From positions 265,546,001 to 265,610,000 of the forward strand of contig NC_088792.1 of assembly GCF_011386835.1 (NCBI RefSeq): a DNA stretch of 64,000 nt, in the 5' to 3' direction. Positions within the stretch are counted from its first letter, which is position 1. Each line of letters opens with the position of its first letter. Made by a program: the position numbers and the translations under genes. Source of the stretch: Chrysemys picta bellii. Its lineage: Eukaryota. Positions 36,990-47,420 of this stretch are shown here, one piece after another. Below the pieces are notes generated by a model. That model was not told the origin of the DNA. It did not search any database and saw nothing but the letters and a program-made list of their open reading frames with translations.

Positions 36990-37221
36990 CTTCATCCAGA
37001 CCCAGAGCCCATTTCTGGGCATCCACAACCTAAGTCATATTCTCGGCTCTGCCACTGGCTTGCTATGAGATCCTGGCAACTCACTTCACCACTCTGTGCC
37101 TCCCTTTCCCTTGGAATGGGGATAATGATACTGACACCATTGTAATATAATTTGAAATCTAATGATGGAAAAGTGCTATATAAAAGTGCTGGTATTATTA
37201 TTATTATTATTATTATTATTA
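36990..37221 (+). mobile_element. Core-SINE with (TTA)n tail
   Basis: GGCTCTGCCACTGGCTTGCTATGAGATCCTGGCAACTCACTT..TCTGTGCCTC..GGGGATAATGATACTGAC..AAGTGCTATATAA, followed by (TAT)n at 37193-37221. Confidence 0.7.
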
Positions 37222-37530
37222 CAGAAGTCTGATCTGAACCCCAAGTTATTAGCACTGGGAGCTATATTTAAATAGTACCTTTCATCAAAGGATCTCAAAG
37301 TGCTTTTAAAAGTTGGTTTCATCCCAGTTTTGCAGACAAGGAAACTGACATGCTAAGAGTATAAGTTGTAACTTATATTTATGCAGCAGTGTTGTTGTAA
37401 CCATGCGGATCCCAGGATATTAGAGCAACAAGATGGGTGAGGTAATATCTTCTATTGGACCAACTTCTACCAGTGAAAGAGACAAGCTTTAGAGCTACAC
37501 AGAGCTCTTCTTCAGGAAAAGGTACTCAGA

Positions 37531-37833
37531 GGCCTGGTCTACACTGGGGGTGGGGATCAATCTAAGTTACGCAACTTCAGCTACGTGAATAACGTAGCTG
37601 ACGTCGACATACTTAGATCTACTCACCGCGGTGTCTTCACTGTGGCGAGTCAACTGCTGCCGCTCCGCGTCGACTCTGCCTCTGCCTCTTGCAGCGCTGG
37701 AGTACAGGAGTCGACGGGAGAGCACTCGTGGGTCGATTTATCGTGTCTAGACTAGACTAGATACAATTAATCAACCCCCCTCTCCCCGGATCGATCGCTG
37801 CCCGCTGATCCGGCGGGTAGTATAGACATACCC
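37531..37833. mobile_element. Non-autonomous Harbinger-type MITE (303 bp) inserted in the Penelope pseudo-LTR
   Basis: TIR GGCCTGGTCTACACT / AGTATAGACATACCC and 3-bp TSD AGA (37528-37530, 37834-37836). Confidence 0.88.
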
Positions 37834-37880
37834 AGAGTATCACAGCTAAATACAGGGTGGAACAGATTGTTTAACATAAA

Positions 37881-37960
37881 AGGTATGTCTACACTTACAG
37901 CGCTACAGTGGCACAGCTGCCGCTGCGCTGCTGTAGCTCTTCAGTGTAGACACTACCTGC
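37881..37960. mobile_element. Very short Harbinger-type MITE remnant
   Basis: AGGTATGTCTACACT...CAGTGTAGACA with CAGCGCT-like internal motifs. Confidence 0.6.
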
Positions 37961-38715
37961 GCCAAAAGTGATAGAAGACAAAAAACACCCTATCGCCTGT
38001 GGGTGAACTTTCTCCACAAAGCCCTCATTCTAAATCTGCCCTCAGTCCTCATCCTCAAAAGGAAACCTGCACAAAGCCTTCAAAAGACAAGCCTGGGAGG
38101 ATAAATTCATATCTTTGCTAGATACTAAAAATCATGGACTGAACAGAGACACTGGATTTATGGCTTATTACAACAATCTGTAACTCACTAACCCCCCTTT
38201 TTTGGTCCTATGACTGCAGAGGTGTTAATAGTCCACTTCACCCTGAATGGTGTCTTAGAATGTGTGTTAACTATTTATGCTAAACAATCTGTTTCACCTT
38301 TTATTCAGCTGTGACACTCTGAATACCTTTCCAGACCTGAAGAAGAACTCCATGTAGCTCCAAGGCTTGTCCCTTTCACCAACAGATGTTGGACCAATAG
38401 AAGATATTACCTAACCCCCAATGTCTCTCACTCACGTAGCAGTCATAGTGTCAGGAAAACAAATCACATCTCCAGACTCCTCGCTCTACCCGCTACATCA
38501 CACTGCACAGCACTGAAGCAAAAAGGAAAAGATTTGTTATTTGCAACAAATTGTTTTCCCCATTTTTTTACTGGTTACACAACATTTAAAAAGCAAATAT
38601 TTTTAAAAAATTACAGTATTCTAAGTGTTTCTTAAGACTCCTCGGCCCCTGTAGCGTAGACACTTACTACAGAGACAGAAGGGGTTCTTCCATCACTGTA
38701 AATCCACCTCTCTGA

Positions 38716-39109
38716 ACTCTGGTCTACACTACAGAGTTAGGTCAACCCAAGGCAACTTACGTCGACCTAACAATGTAAGTATCTACACTAAAATTTCACT
38801 CCCACCAGTATAACTCAACCGCTACGCCGATTTAATAACTTCCCCTCCACGACCGACACAGAGTCAATGTCAACGTAGTTAGGTCAACACAGAGTGCGTG
38901 TAAATACTGCATTGCTTACATTTACTGTCGCTGGCTCTCACAAGCCATCCCACAGCAATGCCCTATTCAATTGGTGCAAGCGCTCCTGATGAGGACGCGC
39001 GCCGCAACACAAAGAGCAAAGTGTAGACATGCACAAGCGATGTAATTACTGTGGCGGCTGTATGCCAACACTGATTAGGTTGACTTAATTTTGTAGTGTA
39101 CACATGCCC
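38716..39109. mobile_element. Harbinger-type MITE (394 bp) nested in an older MITE (about 38640-39180)
   Basis: TIR ACTCTGGTCTACACT / AGTGTACACATGCCC and 3-bp TSD TGA (38713-38715, 39110-39112). Confidence 0.8.
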
Positions 39110-40084
39110 TGAAAGGCAGTAGCTAGGTCAAAGGAAGAAATCTTCTGTTGTCCTAGCACTGTCTACACAGGTGTACACTGTCTACACAGGCCTTATTCCC
39201 CAATCTCTTACACCAGTGTAATTAAAGAGTAACTCCTCTGAAAATCAATGAAGTTATACTGGTGAGTTGACAATCTAGCCAATTGCGTCTAATAATTAGA
39301 CATTATCATTCACTTTAGGCCTGATCCAACTCCCACTGAAATCAATAGGACTGTTTCTATTGCCTGTTAAGATCATTATCCAATTCCCATTAGAGCAGAG
39401 AGAGAGGAAAATGATCCTATGAAAAGGGATGTGATAAATAGTATGAACTGACAGACAGGTGTTTCCAAGGTCCTGTAGACCAGAAATACTAATAATAATA
39501 ATTTGCAGCTATTTACATACCATGATGTGTCTGAGTACAGAGGTCTGGTACAATTGATCCCAGAACAAGCCACGAAAATTGTTTAGCACCAATATGGGCT
39601 GCTGTTGTTGTTTTTTCCAAACACAATGTAACATGATGTGCTACAAAAATAGCAAAAACTGATAAAAATAGAAAACTTATCCTGAACTGAAGAGCAGAGT
39701 TCTGGAGTCTGTTTATTTAAAGACGCTATTGGCAACCTCACGCACAACATCATGTTACAATAGGAGTTTTACTATTAGCACATGCAATTTCTCCCACCCT
39801 CCCCCATCAGTATCACAATTGATTTCATTGTTCTACACATCTGAAAATTTTGGCTCCAAACTTGGATGTCTTGCCTTACTGGGGGAAGCTTTAGACTACA
39901 GCTTGAAATATTCGACAAGAGTATCTGGGAAACACTGATTTCTTCTTCCTAACCCCCTAGATATTGGTCCTTCCTCACCTTTTCCTTCCAATATTTCACC
40001 TAAACGTTCGGCCATCATGAGGATACTATTAAAAAAAAAAATCAGACTTTGTTAAGGAATGTAAACTGGCATGAATAAGAGAAG

Positions 40085-40640
40085 AAGTGCAGTCTAGTAG
40101 TTAAGGTGCTAGCTTGGGATCTGAGTTTTCTTCTCTACTTGGCCGCAGACTTCCTGCATGATCTTAATAACTCATTCAGGGGTCGTTTCCACGAAGGTGT
40201 TAGCTCGCAGAATAACTTGAGTTTTGCTCCTAAACCTAACTCCCATCCACGCATAAAAATCTCTAGCTCAAGTTAAATGATGCTTTAAACTCCAGCAAGC
40301 CGGCCCGTCAGGGGGCGTGGTTTGAAGTTCAACTGCTGCTGATGCTAGTAATGCAGCGGGGACTCGGCTGCTCCACGCTGCTAATACAATCACTCAGTGC
40401 AGCAGCAGGCTGGTTTTCAGTGCAACTGCTCTCACTCCAGCGAGCCTCTCTCAAGAGGCGTTAACTTGAGCATAGATCACTGACTACAGTAAAGGCAAGC
40501 TCCAAGTCTCTCTGTGCCTCAGTTTCCCATCTGTAAAATGGAGATAATAGCACTTGCCTACCTCCCAGGGGCATTGTGAAGATAAATGCATTAAAGATTA
40601 GGAGGCACTCAGATACTATGGTAACGCATTACAAAGAAGT
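40085..40640 (+). mobile_element. Core-SINE (MIR-like) interrupted by a roughly 320-bp DNA-element insertion (about 40178-40498)
   Basis: SINE head GTCTAGTAGTTAAGG..GATCTGAGTT..GCAGACTTCCTGCATGATCTT resumes at 40500 with TCTCTGTGCCTCAGTTTCCCATCTGTAAAATGG. Confidence 0.7.
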
Positions 40641-41439
40641 ATGATAGATAGATATCTAAGTGCCTTGGGTTTCTTTTAGTAAGAAAGTGATAGGCTAATT
40701 AAAGAAAATGCAGGACTTCAATATTGTGTGTAACAAAAATCAGTCATGCTCCATGTAGATTACAAGCCCAAGGCACTTGAGGCAGAGTAATCAGAGTCAG
40801 CAGGAAATTTGCAGTCATGTGATGATCAGTGTAGTTAAATGAAAACTCCAGTATTGACAAAAGGGTCAAGCCTCTCCCACTTAAATCAGTAGCAAAACCT
40901 CCCCATCGTCTTCCATGGAAGCAGGGTCAGGCCCAAACTTTATACAAATAAATAGAACTTAAAATAAAAAAAGATTAAATTGAGAGATGCCAAGATTTGC
41001 AAAAACAGACCTACGAATGTCCCAGTTACACTGAATGTGGACAGCTTGACTTTATACCATGGAGGCAAACACACCGGTCACACTGGACTGACTAAAATAG
41101 TTCCACATTTTTGTAGCCCTGATGTAACTTCACCAGTGTTAGCTCTAGTGTAGATGCACAGCCAACCACCACAGGAGTTTGACACGGTCAATTAACAGGG
41201 TTACACAGGAAAGCATTAAAAAAAAACAGACAACAGCCAGCAGCCCATCTATCCCAAGACTCTCAATGTTGCTAATGCTGGCAGAGCTGAACCAGTATCA
41301 GCACCGGGGAGAAGTTTTTAGAGTTTCCTCAGCACAGACAAGGTCCTTAAATCATGCAACCTTTTGGACCTCCCCTTCTCCATCATTTTCCCCAGTGGTT
41401 CCTGGCAAAGAGTAGCCCTGTCCCCCTCCTCACCCCTGT

Positions 41440-41455
41440 TTCTCTCTCTCTCTCT

Positions 41456-41501
<46 letters not shown>
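41440..41501 (+). repeat. Compound (TC)n-(AC)n microsatellite
   Basis: Directly visible. Confidence 0.95.
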
Positions 41502-41505
<4 letters not shown>

Positions 41506-42200
41506 GAGTTGGGCCTTGCCTTCTCTTTTCTAGATGTAGTGGTGCAGTCACAAACATTTGCAAATACTTCATGTTCCCCTACTCTGTATGAAGAACCACA
41601 TCTATTGTCATTTCAACTTCCATACCATTTTCCAGCACCTTATCCCCTCACTGAGTCCAGAATGAGATTATCCTAGCAAAGAAATCTGAACCCTTTTGAA
41701 CTCTATGGGAGTTTTGCCATTGATTTCAGTGGAGTCAAGACTTCACCTAGGTGCCTGAGCTAAATTTAAATAACTCAATATTGAATAACCTCAAAGTAGA
41801 GAAGCAGAGGGTATGGGTGTATTAGAGTAGAGCAATCCACTGTATTATACTGTTCAAACTGTTCTGAATCTCTCAAAGGAGTTGGTATGCAAGGCTAAGG
41901 TTCAGGCCAGCCCTTATTTTTTAATTCACACCTGTTTTCCAACCCCTAAACAGCAGCACCATCAGAGTGTTTTCCTTTAAGTTTCCATCCAGGTAAACAT
42001 TGACACAGAAAATCCAAGCAAATTGGCCATAAATCTTAAACTCAGAACATCACAGGGTCAGATCCACAAAGGAGAAAGTGTTTGAGTGCAAAGAGTCATT
42101 TACAAAAAGGGTACCCAAGTATTTTGGTGATGGTGCCTTAAAAATAATATTATTTCACTTTACGTCAAGTTTCAAAAAAGGGAAAATGCACTCTGTTTTA

Positions 42201-42365
42201 CACCTCTACCCCAATACAACGCGACCCGATATAACACGAATTCGGATAGAATGTGGTAAAGCAGCGCTCCGGCGGATCAAAGCAAGTTCGATATAATGCG
42301 GTTTCACCTATAACGTGGTAAGATTTTTTGGCTCCCAACGACAGTCTTGTATCGGGGTAGAGGTG
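42201..42365. mobile_element. Tigger/pogo-like MITE, 165 bp
   Basis: TIR CACCTCTACCCC / GGGGTAGAGGTG with TA TSDs. Confidence 0.88.
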
Positions 42366-44270
42366 TACCACCTTACAGACAATAAAAAGAACCCCTTAAA
42401 ATAAATTAAAAAGAACTGGTGTCATACCGATGGCATAAATTCAGCTAATGGGTACACATTTACACTAGCAAAGTAAATCCCTTTCACTCCAGTGACACAA
42501 GGTTAAAAGCTTTCTTGTGCAAAATCAGAAGCCAGCTTGAGTTTTAAATATAATGCTGCTTTGCATTTACACTGCAACAAGGATGACAAAATGTTTTACA
42601 GACATGAATTAAGTAAGCCTTCCAGGTAGATACCATCCCTGATTTACAAATGGGGAAAGTGGAACCACTGAGACAGGGGACAGGGAGAGGCTCACTTGGG
42701 ATCCTTCATGAAAAACCTAAAAGGAACAATAAACTGCGTGAGAAGAGAATTCATCTTTAAAACTTGGATAATTTGACTTTTAAATGAGAGCTGCTGGGTT
42801 CCATAATCTCTGAAATATACAGCATATTTAGTTTATGTGTGACATGAGACTATGCTGCAAGAAGACACATTTACAAACCAGCACACAGTCTGGCACTCAA
42901 CCCCATTTTTTGCGGGGGATGGGGAGGATTTCTGTCTCAACAGATCAAAGGCTCCTGGCCATGGGAACTGAAACAGCTCACATAACAAGGCAAGGTACCT
43001 TCCATCACACTATCTGCTGATGATGATTATCAGCTGACTAAAGGCACAGAAGAGCCACAACAATTCTGTCCGGAACTATAGCTGGCAGCCTGCACATTAC
43101 ACTAATATCTTCCAGGGAGCTGGGGGAGGACATGAGAGGAGGAATATTCTTTCAAGTAAACCATTCGAGACATAGCAGCAGCCGATTAGACCATAAATGT
43201 GAACAGGAACTGCCTTCAACCTAGGCAAGAATGCCTTGTCCTGGAAGTGCAGTCTGCCCTCAGCAGCGGACCGCTTGTTGTTTTATCTGTGGCTGTTCTA
43301 CGGCATTTTCCTCTCTGCAAAGGGGCTTGCATTAGGAGAGTGATTTCGAGGGGGGAATTCTCTCTGCCAGGGTATCATTTAGCAATTTATTACATGCCCT
43401 CAACCCCATTGTTTCCAAGCCTAGAAGAACAACAAAAGCAGCTGTTAATCAATATTCAAAATTATAAGGCTTGCCTGACAGACAGGAAGCAGCACCTAAG
43501 GCAGATCTGCCTTTGAGAAGGTTACAATTCATGCAAGGGGCAAAAAAGGAACTGAGACTTTTGTATCGGTTTAATTAATTGTGCAAACAAGAATAGGGCC
43601 TGAATCTGTGAGGTGCAACGTGTCACTGAGTTGAAGATGCCCAGCACACCACAGGATTGACCCTATAGCTCTTGTGAACAAGTTCAACAACATTATTATT
43701 ATTATTCAAACTGGTGATTAATAAAAACAGACATGTAGTGCGAATTTTTCATCAACACGGATTCCTTGCAAGGAATTTTCTGATATTTTGCCATTGTAAT
43801 TCTTGTAAAATGTTGGGATACCTAACTTTAATATCTAGCTGGCTTAAGTGCTCTTGTGCCACCTCTTCCTAGTAAAAAACTGGACTTTAATGCAAAAGAT
43901 TGGGTCGATATCACATACAAGGATCTGCAGCATCCTGGAAGCACATAAAACTGTCACTAGTGAAATAGTACGCCATGTGATTGCTACCAACTCTAGTTTC
44001 TTCTTTAATCTTGCAGTAGCGGACGCACCACCATGGGAGGATGTGATCCTCACTTGGCACAGGGTGCTGGATGGAAGCAATGCAGACATGCTCAAGAGAT
44101 CTAGCCCCTACAGGCATAGACACTGTTGCAGAAACTGTTAGCAAAACCTCACGGCGCAACTACTTTTTGATACTGATAAATGGATTTTGCAGGGTTGCAG
44201 CAATGCAAAGCAAAGCAAAGCATCAATGTTGTCTGCTTTAAAAATAAAATCTAAGGGACAGAACAATGTA

Positions 44271-44340
44271 ACCTGATTGAAAGTCTCTTGAAGTCAATGA
44301 TAAGTCTCCAGTTGACTTGAATTGGCTTTGGATCAGGCCC
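44271..44340. repeat. Palindromic mini-element, same family as 56914-56985
   Basis: CCTGATTGAAAG..TTGAAGTCAA..TTGACTTGAA..CTTTGGATCAGGCCC. Confidence 0.7.
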
Positions 44341-44704
44341 ACTATGCTCCAGTGAGGACCAAAATCAAACGAATTCAGCAGCTGAGAAAATTCCATCGAA
44401 AGTAGGGACCAAATCTATGGTGCCAAACCCACATCTAGACTCTTTGCTGGATTTACACTGACGTTAGCGGGAACTACAGGCACCCATGTACCCTGGAAAA
44501 AATAATCAGACCTCTTTTACTTAAGTGCCTAACTTTAGGGATCCAATCCTGAAAATTTTGGCCTTTGTTCCTTATACTTTTAAACTAAGGATTCCCTCCC
44601 TTTCTATACTGTATCCTTTAAACACAAAAAAATTGGAAGGAAATGTTAAAGGACGGTACTAACAATTTCTCCTGCTTTCACCCTTATGGCTGCCCCATTA
44701 AAAT

Positions 44705-45070
44705 TAGGGATGTAAAAGTTAAACCTGTTAATGGGTTAACCAAGAAGCTTGATGTTTATCGGTTTCTGTTATCAATTAAACTCCGCCCGGGGATCCCCAC
44801 TCCTGGCCCCAGGCCCAGAGATCCCCATTCCCGGCCCCATGCCCGGGGATGGACCACGCAGAGCCCCGAGGATGGGCCAGCAGCCAGGACCCGTGGCCAG
44901 CAGCAAGGAGTCCTGGGTGTGGGGCTGGCAGGGAGGAGCACCGCCTAGAATGTGGGGGTGCTGCAGTACCCCCCGCACCCATAATTCCCCAGTTAAACAT
45001 TTAACCACGTAACCGATAGAATTTCAATTGGTTACACAGTTATTGTTTTTACATGTTATTTACATCCCTA
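44705..45070. mobile_element. hAT-type MITE, 366 bp, GC-rich interior
   Basis: TIR TAGGGATGTAAA / TTTACATCCCTA and 8-bp TSD ATTAAAAT/ATTAAAAG. Confidence 0.85.
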
Positions 45071-46043
45071 ATTAAAAGAGTCCATTTTAGACAAATAAGG
45101 AGCACCCACCCATCATTATATGTAAGGAATGGGTTCAAATGTTCTAATCACTGACTCTTCACTAACTGGGAGAAGGGTTAAAAAAAAGGAAAAAGTACAA
45201 AGGGATCCTTTATCCTGTGGGTAGAATTAAAACCAAGTAGAAACGAGCTCATTCTTAGGCTTATAAACCAAGCCTTTACAGATAATTATGTTTTATTACT
45301 CTTCATTTTATGAGCATTGTGTTATACAAAACAAATACCAGATGCCTATTTGTTTTATTCATTTTAGGGGGAGTGGAGAAAAAAATCTCTACCAGCACTG
45401 TTATGAGCAGCGCTGCTTTTAATTAAACTCAATGCACAATGAAGGCATAAAAATTAATACTGTTTGAAACCAGCAGGTAGGAAGCAAATATATCCAACTG
45501 TAACTGCTGAATACCCTCTCCCTTGGCGCCCGCACTGCAAGGGGGAACATTCACAAGCCTATTACTTAGGAGCTGGAATTCGCAGAGCTGGTGCTCTTGC
45601 GCAAGGTCATTTATAGATTTCATTTTTGTGAAAAATTAATGCCAGTCTTCGCAGAAATCAAAAAGCTGGTGGGGAAAAAAATCAATGGGAATTTAACACC
45701 ACCTCTGTTAAAATGACACGCCAAGGCCCACGCAGAAACACACCCGTAATAAGTGAGAGCTGACTCTCTTAAGCCACATTAGGCGACCTGCTGAAATGGA
45801 ACAAATAGGATACGCTGCTGCCACCTTAGAGAAAAGGCAAAGGATGTGCAAAGTGATTTCTGGCTAGCCTGGAGTGAATCACACTGTCTTCTGAAAAAAC
45901 AGTTAACGTGCTGATACCTTTCAAAGCAGGGGTCTAATTCTTCAACCATTTATTCACTGGAATCAGTGGGTGAGTAATCCCTGCTCACATGAGTAAGGCA
46001 TGCAGGATGAGGCCCCTGATTTGAAAGGGGGGCCATGTATCTG

Positions 46044-46129
46044 TAGAGCCCCGCAAATCCACAGATCTCCACAGACCATTTTTGCGGATCGGCTGCAGAT
46101 ACACAGTTTTGTATCGATGCAGGGCTCTA
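46044..46129. mobile_element. Mini hAT-type MITE, 86 bp
   Basis: TIR TAGAGCCCCGCA / TGCAGGGCTCTA. The 8-bp flanks TGTATCTG/TATCTCTG match at 6 of 8 positions. Confidence 0.65.
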
Positions 46130-46547
46130 TATCTCTGTAATTTGAAGAATACCATTGCTCTTTTCAGATTGAGGCAAACAAATCCAATATAACAAAAGCA
46201 AAAATTTGACACATTTTCTCCAGAAAATAAATTAAATCTGACTTTTCAGCAGTCCGATATAAATGATGAGTTGCCTGGAGGCACCAGGAGAAAACTATTT
46301 CCCATTTACGATACTGGTTTCCTTTTTAATTTTAATCGCATTCAGATGTGATTCTGGCAGACCCAAGAGTGACTCCTTAGGTCAGGCTAATGTTAACTCC
46401 ACACTGTAAATCCAGTTTTCAACATCATATCTAGTATTTGTTTAATGTTACCTTCCCCAAAGAGAAGCTGATCTTCCTGAAATTTTGCGTAAAGCATCTC
46501 ATCCCAGAGTAGAGTTTTTCTGGAAAGTTTGGGTGTTTAAAATTATG

Positions 46548-46551
<4 letters not shown>

Positions 46552-46589
<38 letters not shown>
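46552..46589 (+). repeat. (AC)n microsatellite
   Basis: Directly visible. Confidence 0.95.
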
Positions 46590-46591
<2 letters not shown>

Positions 46592-47294
46592 TCAGTTATG
46601 GTGCAACAGTAAATGAAGAGTGAAGTGGGTACATCCTTTAGTTTTTCATTTTTAGAGACTTTCATACTTTACTTTTTAAAGTAGTAGAATTATTGTACAG
46701 AATTTGTAATATGTTATCTGTATTTTAGAGAGAATCTACTGATACCTGCTTTTCAACCTTATCTATTTCCTAATGAAATTTGTTTACAAATACATGCTAC
46801 GTTCTGTATACTTCGGTAATCCAGTCAGTTAATTAATTAATTATAGTCTTTGCCTATAACGAGACCACAAAATGCCATTATAATGATCAGTGTATCGATT
46901 GTGAAACACAGTTACCCTCATAGTAAACTAAGTTAAACTAAATAAAATAATAATATACGATTACACCAACAGGACAATTCAGGATTAAAGTCCGAGTAGC
47001 AAATGTCTTAACATTTCTAGCCCCCTAATTTTACAGACACACACAACACAGCAGAACTCACTTGGAATCATTTCATCATAGCCCAAGTTACAAACATTGT
47101 GGCTAAATTAAATAAATCCTTTAGATACAAGGAATAATCACAAACCACTAAAACTGGAAACAATAAAAAATAAAAAAGTCTATACTCACTGAAGTTCAAC
47201 AATGTTCTTTTGCATTAACCAAAAGAGAGTTATCTGCATTAGTCACTTCATGTCTTATTTTTATCCCTCTAGTATCTCGAGACATCAGTCAAGA

Positions 47295-47420
47295 CTGGAG
47301 CACCACTGTAAAACCACATAATAAGAATTGGTGGTCCCTACTGACAAGGTGCTTACAATCTCAATAGAGATGACAGACAACAGAGAAGCAAGGTGTGGGA
47401 GGAAATAGTATACAAATAAA
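47295..47420 (-). mobile_element. L2 LINE 3' remnant
   Basis: GGTCCCTACTGACAAGGTGCTTACAATCT motif. Confidence 0.4.

Larger units (their letters stand above)
37400..38420 (+). mobile_element. Penelope-like retroelement 3' remnant: GIY-YIG endonuclease C-terminus flanked by inverted pseudo-LTR copies
   Basis: 38079-38183 translates FKRQAWEDKFISLLDTKNHGLNRDTGFMAYYNNL-stop (GIY-YIG E...L.T...GLN motif). 37436-37880 (minus the inserted MITE) is an inverted copy of 38275-38417. Both carry decayed hammerhead cores (37480-37516 on -, 38333-38372 on +). Confidence 0.78.
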
